DNA of 64,000 bases from Eledone cirrhosa (GCA_964016885.1 OZ024750.1:27342001-27406000), one strand, 5' to 3'. Positions 1-15,003 are shown, numbered from the stretch's first letter. Notes: a model not told the origin generated them from the letters alone. Made by a program: numbers and translations.

Positions 1-26
1 AATCTTGCTAAACAAATTCAGAAACG

Positions 27-89
<63 letters not shown>

Positions 90-90
<1 letters not shown>

Positions 91-232
91 GTAGGTCTCG
101 GGTTGAGTCGGGGATAACCACAGTAAGTTACTCAATACATGGCAGAGTAAAATATATTTATTGTATAGAAGGAGCTTCTACAGGACTAGAACTGTTTCAT
201 TATTCTAGTCCTGTAGAAGCTCCTTCTATACA

Positions 233-242
<10 letters not shown>
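90..242 (-). mobile_element. Family A fragment with 40-bp fold-back, between (TA)n tracts
   Basis: Inverted arms at 152-191 and 203-242; truncated just past the GAAAC of the hammerhead. Confidence 0.75.
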
Positions 243-290
<48 letters not shown>

Positions 291-295
<5 letters not shown>

Positions 296-720
296 ATATT
301 AATAAATGTGAAACTATATTTATAAAAGTATATTTATTTTATTATATATATTCCAAGGCAAATTATGGTGCGCTTTCATCAGATAATAAACAGATTTGTT
401 TTATAAATAAATATTGACATACCCGGAAAAAAAGACAACCTTAACGGTTGGAGCTTCCTGGATAGTGGAGATAATATTTTATTGAGGGTAATACAAATTT
501 ATGAGTGAGTATGCAAATGAGTGTCCGAAAAGTTGAAAAGATAACGGTTTATTTAAATTAAACTGTTGGAAGAAGATGATATGTAAGGGAGAGAGAATAA
601 AGAAAAGGAAGGAGAAAGAGAGAAGAGGAAAGAAAGAACGATTATACATAGTTATAGTGAAGAAAGTCAGAGTGAATGAAGAAATAAGTTTTAATGGAAA
701 AATATACATAGCGTAAATAT
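291..720 (-). mobile_element. Family B Penelope-like end with degenerate hammerhead
   Basis: Homologous to 58797-59183 and 61770-62155. Minus-strand CTGATGA...GGAA at ~335-397 (GAAA mutated). Right boundary uncertain. Confidence 0.6.
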
Positions 721-1033
721 ATCTAAGTGAAAGAAGAAGTGAAAGAAGAAATAAGATTAACGTGGAATAATATTATTTAGAATGTAGGGTTCATTACGTT
801 GTGATTATAATATTTATAAAGATAGGTTCAAAAATTAGATTAAAATTAAAAATTAAAAATCAAAAATAAAGATTAAAATTTGCCTTAATATTAAAGATTT
901 AATTTAATATTAATATTAACAATTAAAAATTAAAAATTAAAATTTAAAAAGAAGTATTTATATTATATTAAGATGTATTAGTAATAATATATTGGTTTAG
1001 ATGTGTATGTTATGGATTATAAATTATTTAAAT

Positions 1034-1222
1034 GGTGGATTGGCAGTATCGGTAGAGAGTCGGACGCCATTCTTTGCAGCAAAGAGTTACGTCCCTTTAT
1101 GGTCTGAGTTCAAATCCCACCGAGGTTAACTTTGCCTTTCATCCTTACGGGGTCGATAAAATAAAGTACCAGTAATACACTGGGATAATTGCTGGCCTTG
1201 TGCCAAAAGTAGAAACAATTAT
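1034..1222 (+). mobile_element. tRNA-derived SINE (dominant family; Meta/MESC-like central domain, ATT tail)
   Basis: A-box TGGCAGTATCGG, B-box GAGTTCAAATCC, gcctttcatccttacggggtcgataaaat; TSD attataaattatttaaat. Confidence 0.9.
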
Positions 1223-2025
1223 AAATTATTTAAATAAATATATAGTATTTTACATTAGAGAATATGTAGTATAGTTTATTTTATTAAAGTAAGTTTGGCA
1301 AAATTATATTTATTAATAGTTTAAGTCCACTAACTGTTGAGTGGTTGATATCAGTTATAAAAATGTGAGAGAGATAATTTATATATATAAATATGTATAT
1401 ATATAGTTTATATATATAAATATGTATATATATAGTTTATATATATATATATAGATAGTTTATATATATATATATATAAAACATGAGAAGAAAGAAGAAT
1501 ACTGCGTGGTTTGCACATGGGTTACATATGATAAAAATAGTCCTTCGTCAGTGATTTTCAACCATCATTGGTATTTCATCGCATTAAAAATCAGATACCT
1601 CAGGTTGGTGCGAGCAATAACTAGAAAAAGTTATTGGGACCAGAATTCGGGTGAGACGAGGGGGACAAGTAAACAACATAGAAGGATAAAAGCAAACCGA
1701 AGATAGGAAAATAAACAAGCAACATGGTTGTCCGGTCAGCATAAACTGGGTGGATTTCATGAGCGAGAGAGGTACAGACCGTGTTGATGTGTGTGAAATG
1801 TGAGCAAGAAGAGACCCACACAAGCCAAACGGGAGGAAGTGAGAAGGGGAGAAACAGAGAGTGAGTGAGTGGAAGTGTGAGGAAGAGGTCAGTCGAGAGA
1901 AAGTGTAACTGACAGGGGGGGGGGCGAAAGAAGGTGAGAGAAACAGAGAGAGCGGTGAAGCAGTAAGAGAGAAACAGACAAACGCAGCCAAGGTAAATAT
2001 ATATAAAAAACATGAGAAGAAAGAA

Positions 2026-2120
<95 letters not shown>

Positions 2121-2289
2121 GAATAATTGCCTTATGTTGTTTATTACATAACTATATATATATATAGATAAATCTACCAAAATATACGGTAGTGTCCGTA
2201 TGAAGAACTCAATGTAATCCAAATATCATGAAAAGAAAAGATGTATTCAAAAATTGTTTCGATGAAAATCACAGGAAAACAGAGTCAAG

Positions 2290-2516
2290 ATAAATTAATA
2301 AAACAATGAATAAAAACAAAGAAACAGTTCCTTATATTAAAAAATTCATCATTTTACGATCGTTTCTAGGATATATATGTGTGTGTTGGTATGTATATCA
2401 TATAGATCTATGTAAAAAACACACACATATATATCCTAGAAACGATCGTAAAATTATGAATTTTTTAATATAAGGAACTGTTTCTTTGTTTTTATTCATT
2501 GTTGTTATTAATTTAT
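2290..2516. mobile_element. Fold-back (~98-bp arms) carrying the hammerhead 3' half GAAACgatcGTA
   Basis: Arms at ~2290-2387 and ~2418-2515. The same GAAACGATCGTA occurs on the minus strand at ~57520-57535, with CCGAAGA ~100 nt upstream. Confidence 0.55.
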
Positions 2517-2537
2517 ATATATTTATATATATATATA

Positions 2538-2758
2538 AGTTCTTCCGGGTTCAATCGGAGGTAACCACAGTAAGTAAGGTACTCAATACATAGCAGAGTA
2601 TAAAAGTTTTAATGTAGTAGAACTTCTACAGGACTAGAACTGTTTCATTCGTGAGAAATCATCAGGAAACTTTTATACTCTGCTATGTATTGAGTACCTT
2701 ACTTACTGCTTCCTGATGATTTCTCACGAATGAAACAGTTATAGTCCTGTAGAAGCTC

Positions 2759-2763
<5 letters not shown>
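2538..2763. mobile_element. Penelope-like/retrozyme terminal fragment, family A, with double inversion
   Basis: Minus-strand copy (2538-2668, with a second hammerhead core) followed by two plus-strand pieces; (TA)n on both sides. Relatives at 90-242, ~12727-12850, 16521-16612, ~17180-17372, ~39633-39755, ~47885-48037, ~49300-49486 and ~49765-49835. Confidence 0.8.
2708..2756 (+). ncRNA. Type I hammerhead ribozyme (family A)
   Basis: gcttc CTGATGA t-ttc-tcac-gaa-t GAAA cag-ttatagtc-ct GTA gaagc. Stem I gcttc/gaagc; stem III ACAG/CTGT. Confidence 0.85.
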
Positions 2764-2844
<81 letters not shown>

Positions 2845-2890
2845 AATATATATATATATGTAGATATAGATATATACACACACACACATA

Positions 2891-2997
2891 CAGTGGAAGC
2901 TTCTTATTGTGATAACTTTCGGTCGGAAGCATTTAGATAAAAATAAATGGGTGATAATATTAATCAGAATTTTGATAACAATAAAGGGATTCCACTG
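2891..2997. mobile_element. Tc1/mariner-pogo (Tigger-like) MITE
   Basis: TIR cagtggaa...ttccactg, TA on both sides. Confidence 0.7.
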
Positions 2998-3133
2998 TAT
3001 AAGCATGTATGAATAAAATATGTAATTATTCCTTACACAGTACACTAACTAACAACTAAATACTACAATCTTAAACTAACAAAAATGACATCAAAATACA
3101 ATATATTGATGATATACATACATATATACATAT

Positions 3134-3190
<57 letters not shown>

Positions 3191-3228
3191 CACATATATA
3201 TTTATACTTCGTGACTCTCCCAAAGTAT

Positions 3229-3287
<59 letters not shown>

Positions 3288-3291
<4 letters not shown>

Positions 3292-3895
3292 GGAGGTGAG
3301 TTTTATTGTAGTACAATAAAGCAATGCAGATATCGGATAAGAAGCATTCTACAATTTGTAGGACTGGAGTATACATAATATAATATAATATAAGATCAAA
3401 AGATGGTTAAAGGAGTTCCATGTATTTTATTATGCGCATTTCAAAAACAAACATCATCATGCAATAATATTTGTGTTTTCATCAGATAAAACAGAACATG
3501 ATATGAAGGCTAAAAAAAACACTTGTGGATAGTGCAGTTTTAAATCAACATATGAAAAGTGGTTTTAGATTGATGTGTGATATTGGGAAAAATATTTTAT
3601 TTAGAGAGGGGGGTTGGAAAGGATGAAAAAGGGGAGGAGATGAGAGGGAGAGATGGGTGATAGAGAGAAAGAGATAGTTTTTATAACTGTGAGGAGATAT
3701 ATTGTTTTACATAGAGAGGTTGAAAACCGTTGGAAGATAATGTATAAATTAAAAGAATTGTGTTTTTATTAGCCTTCATATCATGTTCTCCTGTTTTATC
3801 TAATGAAAACACAAATATTATTGCATGATGATGTTTGTTTTTGAAATGCGCATAATAAAATACATGGAACTCCTTTAACCATCTTTTGATCTTAT
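3288..3895. mobile_element. Family C Penelope-like insertion: minus copy plus inverted plus copy between (TA)n tracts
   Basis: Minus-strand hammerhead at 3425-3491 (ttttat CTGATGA..GAAA tgcgc ATA ataaaa). The plus copy at ~3794-3860 has CTAATGA (G5A, inactivating). Confidence 0.8.
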
Positions 3896-3996
3896 ATATA
3901 TATATATATGTAAAAGGTAAACAGAAATAACAACACAATCGGTACAGTATATGGAAGATATATATTAGGTTAACGCTTGATATAGCTGGAAAAGGG

Positions 3997-4029
3997 TCTC
4001 AACGTTTCGGACGCTAGTCTTTCATCAGA
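3997..4029 (-). ncRNA. Minimal Penelope-type hammerhead
   Basis: tctt CTGATGA aagactagcgtcc GAAAC GTT gaga, about 85 nt from a (TA)n junction at 3910. Confidence 0.65.
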
Positions 4030-4459
4030 AGAAAGAATGAGAAATAAAATAGATTGAGGGGACGGGCGGGATGGAATTGGAAAAAATGTCTTTAGATAAA
4101 AAATAATAGGTCCATTCATGTTGACATCTATTGTGTGTGTGTGGTAACATGTAATCCAGTACTACCTGTGCATGATCGGGTCGTCGGTAATTAAACCGGC
4201 AACCCCACTAAGCTAGCTTGGTGAGGGTGATTTTGCCTTCCCCCCCGGGATGAAAAACAAAACCCGTCAAAAGGCGGAGGAACTCAGAAGTCTCAACGGC
4301 CGTCCAATAAGGTGATTTGTTTTGGAGGGGGGGGGGGGGTCCTAGTCTTCATTAAGACATCTCTCAAGGAGAGGGTTACTCTTATATAAAACCCACGACT
4401 TCGTTTGCATCCAATGATGTAGAGCAATTCTACTTTTGGGGTAAATCCATTCGATGTTC

Positions 4460-4645
4460 AGAGAGTGGGAGGGGGAAAGTCATTTAAATCGATGCAGTGC
4501 ATTACTGGTACTTTATTTTATCGACCCCGTAAGGATAAAAGGCAAAGCTAACCTCGGCGGGATTCGAAAGCAGAACGTAAAGGGCCGAAATTCAAGCCAC
4601 AAAGCATGTTGTCGGACGCTCTACCGATTCTGCCAATCCACCATG
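4460..4645 (-). mobile_element. Dominant SINE, diverged copy
   Basis: Reverse complement of the SINE body. Confidence 0.8.
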
Positions 4646-5049
4646 TCGACTTATCATGTTAGGTAGCAGTCGTAAATAAATTTTATATATCGGATTTTAT
4701 ATGAAGCCCTGAAATTTGTAGGAAATTATAAAAGATGTGAGGTGCTGACACAGATTGTTGTTGTTGTTGCTGTTGCTGATGTAGTTGTTGTTAGAGACAT
4801 GAATGAAATGCAATGGCTCCAACATTAAATAAAGAAAAATTTGGTGCTGAAAGAAAGGGTATTGGCAGACTAGGGGTCAACGCTCCCTGACACAGAACCA
4901 AAGTAGTCAACTTAAGTGATCGACTCTATGTCCTGTAACAGAGAAACCTTTGTTGAAAACGCACTCTTGAGACTTAAAGTTCCTTGTTAAAAGTCAGACA
5001 TAGTAAACGAGAAAATAATACTTGTTTGTTCCTAAGTGAATCAAATTCA

Positions 5050-5375
5050 AAATATACTTCTCTATTTATATTCCAAAGTTATTCTATCAAAACTAACTAT
5101 CTTACGAGTGTGGTAAACATTTTTCCTAACTTTCTTTATAGCGATCTTCTCTATATTAATCTTCTCAAAATTTACTTTTCTATTTATATTTCAAAGCTAC
5201 CCTACCAAAATCTAACTATCCTACGAGTGTGGTAAACATTTTTCCTAACTTTCTTTATAGCGATCTTCTCTATATTAATCTTCTCAAAATTTACTTTTCT
5301 ATTTATATTTCAAAGTTACCCTACCAAAATCTAACTATCCTACGAGTCTGGTAAACATTTTTCCTAACTTTCTTG
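5050..5375. repeat. 119-bp tandem repeat, about 2.7 copies
   Basis: tacgagt recurs at 5103, 5222 and 5341. Confidence 0.9.
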
Positions 5376-6899
5376 ATATCCTCTCTGTTAAGAAAGAAGA
5401 TAATTTCAATTTCTTTGAGGTTATTCCAGCCAAGAACAACTGTAAGTACATAATGATCCATCGGATGTTAAGAGTACATTGAAGTTAATTCTGTTGAATA
5501 AATGGATGACCTTTCTTGGGACAAGTTTATTAACACTATTCATTCATCAAAGCTCATTATTCATGGTGACACAATCAGTTGACCATTGTTATCATAGACA
5601 CTATTATTTATTAATGAAGGACATAGTTCATCTAAAGTGTGTTTAGAGGTCTTGTGTATCGGTAGATTCTAGGAAAGTTGTTTATTTATTACAAATTCTT
5701 AATTAAAACTTTAAAAAACTTTCACCACTAAACCAATATCTTTCTATTTTTCAAAATAATGTTCCCAATAATGCCAATTACAGCTTTATTTTATGAAAGA
5801 ATTTCAAAGAAATTTCATTGGAAAAAGTTATCCGAAAACGTTTATAATAATTTGATTAGAACAACTTTTTCAACGATGTTTTGGTTATAGATTCGAAGTC
5901 TCAATATAGATTCAGTTTGAAGTTTCATTTCTTCATATTCTTCGAGTATTTCAATTGTAAACTTGTACCACGATAATATTATTCATTTATCTTATTTACT
6001 ATAGAAATTAAATAGACGTTTTAATAGGCACGCCATACTATACACACCCTACACATACTTTCAGCTGTTTAAAGTTAGAAATTATAACTAAACGTTAGAA
6101 ATGTATATATTTCCTTCTTTAGTAAAGATTTGGTTGCCGTGAAATAGGACACAAAAGAACCATATTTGAATAAATATGCGGGCCGCTTCACCTCCTGATC
6201 CAAACACTTCAGCACCATATTGGAAGTTTACCAAGCGATTACTTTAGCACACATGAAGCCAGATTAACCAATGGACTTGCAGCCCTGGAGTGGAAAGTTC
6301 ATATCAGCCAGCGGTGCATAGTAATTAGTATTAGAGTAACCCGTTCTTACCAAAGCTTCCACATCGAATATTTCAATTTAAAGTTAAAAATTTAAACCCT
6401 GAAATGAAATGAAGTCATTTAGATTTACCTTATGCTCGTAACTTTTCAAGCTAAGAATAAATGACATCGTCATGTAATTTAAGCAAGATTGATATTTTGA
6501 AAGCGATCTCTTAAAATCCACATATACCTGCTTAGAATCGGATAGCACGTATCCGCAGCGATCATTCAGATATCAAAATGTGGATGTGTTGCCACGCTAG
6601 TTTTCCCCTACCTGGACACACCGAGCGGGTTTCGTGATCTTGCGTTTTAACGTACGTACCCCAGCGCCAATGCAGTGCGGTTTTCTTCGAAGACATTTCC
6701 GTGGGCCATTCTCAGCACTAGCAGGTTGAACTATCGATTGGTAACAGAGACAGATATATATTTCTCTTTACTGAGACACAATTTCTTTTGATGACATCTT
6801 TAGTCAATTCCCCCTAAACTTGTCCATTAATCCAGTCCATGAAATCATTCAATGACCCTTAAAAGGATCTCTGAGCTTACTGTAACTGGGTTAACGTTG

Positions 6900-7452
6900 A
6901 TGTGGTTGTTGTAGCTCTTTTTGCTGCTGCTGTAGTTGTTGTTGTTGTAGCTCTTTTTGCTGCTGTCATTGTACGTCCTTATGCTACTGTTATCGTTGTT
7001 GTTGTTGCTGCTGCTGCGACTGCTGCTGTTGTTGTATGCCCATATGAGGTTGTTGTCGTTGTTATTGTTGCTGCTGCGTTTGCTGCGGTCGTTGTATGTC
7101 CATATGTTGCTGTCGTTGTCGTTGTTGTTACTGATGCTGCGACTATTGCTGTCGCTGTATGTCCATACGAAGCTGTTGTTGTTATTGTTGCTGCTGTGGT
7201 TGCTGCTGTTGTTGTATGTCCTTATGCTGCTGTCATTGTTGTTGTTGCTGCTGCGACAGCTATTGTCATTGTATGTCCATACGCTACTGTCGTTGTCGTT
7301 GTTGTTACTGCTGCTGCAAGTGCTGCTGTCGTTGTATATTCTTATGCTGCTATTGTCGTCCTCATTGTTGTTGTTGTTGTTACTGCTGTTGTTGTAACTC
7401 CTTTTACTGCTACTGTTGAAATGATTGCTGCTTCTGCTGCTGTTGTTGCTGG
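6900..7452. repeat. ~60-bp minisatellite built from GTT/GCT triplets
   Basis: Recurrent gtatgtcc(a/t)tatg anchor between triplet runs. Confidence 0.85.
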
Positions 7453-7749
7453 TCTTGGCAGACATTTTAATTGTTCTTGTCAATGTATTTATATATATCT
7501 TTATTGTTTCAATTTTATTTCTAGTTGCCTTTCAAATAATCTATGGAGAAGGCGAAGTAGTTAGTAATTCCACACGTCCTATATAATGGCGTCGCTACTG
7601 GTTTATGTTAATTTTTATTTTTGTATCCCGGAAGTTGGCAGTTTTATGAGTGCCAGCTAAAACCTTCCATTGTAATATAACCACATATTCACGTACGCAT
7701 AGACACACACACACACACATACACACGCATACACGCACTCATATAGACA

Positions 7750-7795
<46 letters not shown>

Positions 7796-8902
7796 CACAC
7801 AAACACACACATATATATATATATATATATACACTCATATATATATATAGAGTGAGAGAGATACTCGTTTATAGACACACATACACACGTTTACAGACAG
7901 AAACATATATAGATACACACACACCGACACAGACACACTGACACACATACACACATATATATATACACACACATACACACACTCACAGAAGCGCGCGCGC
8001 ACACACACACACACACACACGCTGACATATTATATCAGATGGTCTGTGTGATGTCAAATTCTAAATGTAACCTATCTGTTTGGGTCTCCTTAGCACCGGC
8101 TTACATCCTATTGTTGTCATAGTAAAGGGTTAATGACTGTGTTGACATTTCCACGGCCAGATTTCAACTAAGGACTTGCTGAACGCTGCCAATTTCTCTA
8201 TTTCACGTCTGTATTATTGAATATAACTTTAAATGGACGGAGAATTTGGCAACTACTTTGAAGAACAATTTTTTCTTTCGCTAATCTTTTATGGAGCACA
8301 ACTCTGGAATTGTTTTATGATCTTCGTGGGTCATTACGTCTTGTACATCCATATAGACCCAATTCAAGCGGTAAGAAACTCCCAGGAGAGCTGAACAGCA
8401 GAAGGTCTTCAGAGAAGAAGCCCCTCCTCAAGCGAGTTTTTCGACCCTCAAAAGTGGCCTAATCAACAATATTATTATTACTACAATATTATTATTACTA
8501 TATATATATATATATATATAGTAATAATAATAAATTTGAAGACTAAAATCCAAAGAAGGCTCGATAAGGATAAATATATTTCAAATATATAAGAACCCTA
8601 GAGCAAATATTTATTAAAATAACAGATTACAATTTAAGCAAAGAATCGCTGCTTTCACCTTTAACGGGATCTTCTGAAACTATATATATATTGAAGCCGG
8701 GATCAACATTTACAGAACACAGAATTATAAATAACTTGCAAATACACGATGGACAGTGGGCGTAAGGGTAGCAATTGGACAAGTAAAGACTGAGATATAT
8801 ATATAGAGAGAGAGAGAGAAATGTGGAGGGGTCAGTTAAGAAAAGACAAAGAGTGAGTGACAGATAGATGGATGGATAGATAGTGAGAGAGACAGAGAGT
8901 GT

Positions 8903-8981
<79 letters not shown>

Positions 8982-9893
8982 TTGTTTGACCTGTTTAGCT
9001 TGACTTGTTTTTTGGTGGTTAATGCCTTCTTGACCACTTTTCAGTTTGTATGGCGTTTTAACATATTGTTTAGCTCTAATTTTTCTTAACTATTGGAGCG
9101 CTTGCCAGCATTTCTACGATTTTATGTTTCGTTTCGCTTTTTCTACCAGCCGAAATACGATTCTCGCTGAATATATATTTATATTAATCTCCCGAGTCTT
9201 ACAATTAACCTGTTAATAATTCTATTGACAGATTAATTGTATAAGTTTATTTTAAAAACTACCTGGTTGAGTGCTTATTCGATTTGTGCTATCTATGCAA
9301 TTTTTGTATGATATACACATACTGAATTCATTTGCCAAAATCTGGAGAATATTCCCATCGTGACTTACGCATGTGCCTTTACAAGGTTCTGCGTCAATCA
9401 CAAAGTTGGTTAAAGAGCAAAATACCTGTGGATAACGTGATATTCCTTGTTCGATCTTTATGCTGAAAGTTTATAGTTTTAAGCAGACAGTATTATTGAT
9501 TTAGGTGTCATAGAAACCCTGCATTTGGATTTTACCATCAATTCCATTTGGGTCCAGGTCTGTTTATATCATTTATTTTGTTTGACCTGTTTAGCTAGAC
9601 TTGTTTTTTGGCTTAGGTGGTTAATGCCTTCTTGAACACTTTTCAGTTATATATATATAAACAAATGTATAGATTGCAAATATAAATGAAAGAGGAATAG
9701 TATTTAGTATACATTTAGACACATCCCATCTGTATATCTGTGTAGGAGTATGTGATTCTCTAAAGTACAAAAATAAAAACCAGAACTACAAAACTGCAGA
9801 GCAGTAAGACTTTCATTGCAAGAAAAATTGTTTTAAAAATCATTGTCCGAGTTATACACTCACATTCTCACACACAGATAGACACACACAGAG

Positions 9894-9942
<49 letters not shown>

Positions 9943-10922
9943 CACACATAGACACGCACACAGATAGACACACACATATACACACACACAGATACACACA
10001 CACACGCACACACATATATATATATATATACTCTTGAGCTCAATATCGCTCTCTAATGCTAATTTGTTATTGTGCAACTGATATCAAACACCCTATGAGA
10101 TTTTATTCCCACTAAAGTACTTAAGTAGTCTGTGTGGGGGGGGGGGGGGGTGACAGGGAGAGAGTGAGAGACCATACAAGGTAAATATAAGAAATAATAC
10201 CCAAATATGGCAACCCCAAACTGTGTACAGGACCCTCGTTTTCCCAGCGCGCAGTATCGAGAAATTGTTGCCAACTCTACTCCGAAAGCAATTAGTAGGT
10301 TGCTAGTCCAAGGACGAACAAGACAAGAAGTTTCCACTGCTGTAGTTTCAACCACAAACCTATAAGAAAGCCACTGAAACTTGCCATCGATAGGTTGCCA
10401 TCTTCATATTTTCAGGGAACGAAACCTGGTATGTCACCAAAAGCAACTGGTTTGGAATTCCCTTTAGTAAACCCCCATCCCAAGCTTTACTGGTAGGTCA
10501 ACATGATCGAGTACTTATGAAGCTTAATTTGTAATTGTGAGGTCCCAGCTTCGATCTAACAGTATAGTATAGTATCTCTTGTTTTTTACCGTACACATGC
10601 ATGTATGCATGTATCTAAAAATCTAAAGTGTCTTAATCAACAAGGTTTATTTGGCCGGTGCTTATCCCAGTTTCATGGCATGAAGCGACTGAGAGTACAA
10701 GACCCCCCCCCCCCCCCCGGACAAGACGCCAGTCCGTCGCAGGTTTAAACCCCCAGCTATTGCTGGTACTAATTTTCAGCTGAGTTTACTGGAGCAACGT
10801 GAAACGAAATGTTTTGCTCAAGAACACAGCACGCAACCCAGGAATCGAACCCGCGACATTATGACCGTAAGTTCAACTCCATTGCCACCTGGTCACATGT
10901 CTGCACATATGCATACATACAT

Positions 10923-11309
<387 letters not shown>

Positions 11310-11311
<2 letters not shown>

Positions 11312-12470
11312 GTAGGAGGTGAGTTTTATTGTAGCACAATAAAGCAATGCAAATATCGGATAAGTAGCACTCTACAGTTTGTAGGACTGGAATATAAATA
11401 ATATAAGATCAAAAGATGGTTAAAAGCGTTCCAAGTATTTTATTATGCGCATTTCAAAAACAAATATCATCATGGGATGATATCTGCGTTTTCATCAGAT
11501 AAAATAGGGATACATGATATGAAGCTTAGAAAACACTTGTGAATAGTGAAGTTTTAAATCAACATATGAAAAATAATTTAAGATTGATGTATAAGATTGA
11601 CTTTTACATATTACAATACATAAAAACAAACTTAAAAACAAACTTAAACCCTAACTAATTTCTTTTAATATATTATATTATTACCATTAGAAAATATTTC
11701 GTAAACATATATATTTTTTGATGTCAGATATATTCTTCCTTAAACATTATTTTCTTCTTTGCTTTCTGCACTCATTTTTAAACAAACTATTTACGTACAT
11801 ATATTACGCACACATATTACATTACATAAAAACAAACTTAAACACTAACTAATTCCTCTAAATTCATAACTCATTCATTCTTCTACTTCTTTTCATATTA
11901 TATCCTTAATAACATTAATATTTTTATTTTAATAATACATATTAATAATTTCTTTTCCTCGCACATATTATTAAACCCTTCAATATACAAACCTTAATTT
12001 AATATTATTCTTAATCCCTTTTTCTCTTCATGCATAAACCTCATTAACTTTTAATTCAAAATTCTTTTAAATTATCTATTATCTTCCAACGGCTTTTTAA
12101 CTTCTCTCTGTGAGACAATATATTTTTTTCTCAGTTGTAAAGGTTATATCTCTCTCTCTATCACCCATCTCTCCTCCTCTCTCATCCTTCCTTCTTATAC
12201 TCCTCCCCCATCATTCTTTACTCTCATCTCCTCCTCTTCCTTACCTTTTCCACCCCCTCTCTTTTCCCCAATCTCATACATCAATCTTAAATTATTTTTC
12301 ATATGTTGATTTAAATCTTCACTATTCACAAGTGTTTTTTAAGCTTCATATCATGTATCCCTATTTAATCTGATGAAAACGCAGATATCATCCCATGATG
12401 ATATTTGTTTTTGAAATGCGCATAATAAAATATTTGGAACTCTTTTAACCATCTTTTGATCTTATATTAT
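11310..12470. mobile_element. Family C insertion with inversion; hammerheads at 11436-11506 (-) and 12362-12432 (+)
   Basis: Intact cores, long stem II, palindromic stem III ATGCGCAT; flanked by (TA)n. Confidence 0.8.
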
Positions 12471-12471
12471 A

Positions 12472-12652
<181 letters not shown>

Positions 12653-12685
12653 TACATGCATGTGTACAGAAACAGGCGCACACAC

Positions 12686-12727
<42 letters not shown>

Positions 12728-13424
12728 CAGGTATATTCGTGAGGGAGGGTCGAGAGGTGACCACATTTATAAAAGGTACTCAATACGTTGATATAATTAA
12801 GTTATTTTATATACAAATGATTTCTACGTGTAGTAGCGTTATGGAAATATGCAGAGCGGCGAAGAAGGTCAAATGGTGTTATCATTTCACAGGAGTTGGC
12901 GTAGGGGAATGTGGGTTGTGTAGGAGAAACTGCAGGTTTAATAATTACTAATTTTCTTAGTGTGGTCAGAACATGAAGTGTCAAAAAATACGTTCGTTAT
13001 CTTATCAAACTCTTAAGCTGAAATTATTTTATTTGTGGAGAGGGAAAGAACAAAGAAGGAAGTTTACATCGTTGAGCTAGCCTAGGGCGCTAACTATATA
13101 GCAAACGGCTCGGCATCTGTATACATGGAAACATATAACAATCTGATCACTATACACGTATATTTAAATATTTGCTTTAGTTGACATCCATATTTACTGT
13201 TGTTGCTTAGGATCTCAATTTGACTAATTAACTTTCAGGTAGCAATAGCGTTGACAGGTGTCATTACTTGTTGAAAGTCTTGAAACTCAACTTTTTGAGA
13301 AACATTTTGTTTCATATGTCAACGCCTTCAAATATCCTATAATTGGCAGTTTAAAAGCTATCAATGAAATCTGGTTTTATAGATTTTCAAGACATACATT
13401 TAACATACATACATTCATACATAA

Positions 13425-13477
<53 letters not shown>

Positions 13478-13595
13478 CATACATAGATACATACATATAT
13501 ATATACATACACACATAAACATATATAGATACATTCATATATACATACAAATGCTCACGTATGTACTTACATACACATGTATATATATATATATA

Positions 13596-13661
<66 letters not shown>

Positions 13662-13729
13662 GGTCACCCTTCTCTCTAATGTATACATATCTCTCTAATA
13701 TACACATATATACATACACCCACACATAC

Positions 13730-13778
<49 letters not shown>

Positions 13779-13805
13779 CACACACGCACACACACACACA
13801 CACAT

Positions 13806-13850
<45 letters not shown>

Positions 13851-14039
13851 TACTATGAAGGATATGTAGTGTTGAAGTCAAAATATCCTGCTTATTCAAT
13901 CAACGCCATAAGATGAAATTTCCATATAGAAATATAGTTACTTGCTTTTCCAGATTTCCTCATTTTGGAACTGTTAAATTGTGCCTTCACTCCACCATCT
14001 TGGAGAAGTTCAAGAACTCAAAAAAGGTATTTTACGAAT

Positions 14040-15003
14040 ATCTGTAGAGTGCCGAACATGCCTCGCAACATAGAGTTACGTCTCTTTACGTTCTGAGTTC
14101 AAGCCCCATCGAGGTTAGCTTTGCCCTTCATTCTTACAGGGTCGATAAAATAAAGTACCAGTGAAGTACTGAGGTCGATTTAATCAACTTTCCCCTCGCC
14201 TAAACTTTCTGGCCTTGTGTGTATAGTAGAGATTATTATTATACTTATTGAGTCATCAGGAGCCGCTAAACTATGGTACCAGTAAAACACTGGGGTCTAT
14301 ATAATCGACTTTCACCTCCTCTTCAAATTGCTGGCCTTTTTCCTGAATGAGAAACCATTATTATTATTATTGACTCATCAAGGTGGTGGTTTGGCAGTAT
14401 CGGTAGAGTGTCAGACGCCATGCTTCGCAGCATAGAGTCACGGCCCGTTACGGTCTGAGTTCAAATCCCGCCGAGGTTAACTTTGCTTTTCATTCTTACG
14501 GGGTCGATAAAATAAAGCACCAGTAATGCACTGAGGTCGATTTAATCAACTTTCCCCTCGCCTAAACTTTCTGGCCTTGTGTGTGTAGTAGAAATCATTA
14601 CTATTATTATTGAGCCATCAGAAGCCGCTAAACTATAGTACCAGTAAAACTCTGGGGTCGATATAATCCACTTTTACCTCTCCTTCAAATTGCTGGCCTT
14701 TTTCCTGAATCAGAAACCATTATTATTATTATTGACCTATCAGGAGCCGCTAAACTATGGTACCAGTAAAACTCTGGGGTCGATATTATTGACTTTCCCC
14801 TCTTCCCAAAAGTATTGGTCTTGTGCCTATATCAGAAACCATTATGCCATGCTTTCCAGCATAGTTACGTCCCTTTACGATCTGAGTTCAAGTCCCGCCG
14901 AGGTTGACTTTGCCTTTCATCCTTACGGGGTCGATAAAATAAAGTACCAGTAATGCACTGAGTATTTGCTGGCCTTGTGCCTAAAGTAGAAACAATTATT
15001 AAT
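14040..15003 (+). mobile_element. Cluster of three dominant SINE copies plus duplicated 3' fragments
   Basis: Repeated gagttcaa.cccgccgagg...gtcgataaaataaagtaccag at ~14095, ~14457 and ~14884. Confidence 0.85.

Noticed and set aside
6845-7564. Asn/Ser-rich and Val/Ala-rich ORFs
   Set aside because: A triplet minisatellite open on both strands; no splice or domain evidence, although a low-complexity exon cannot be fully excluded.
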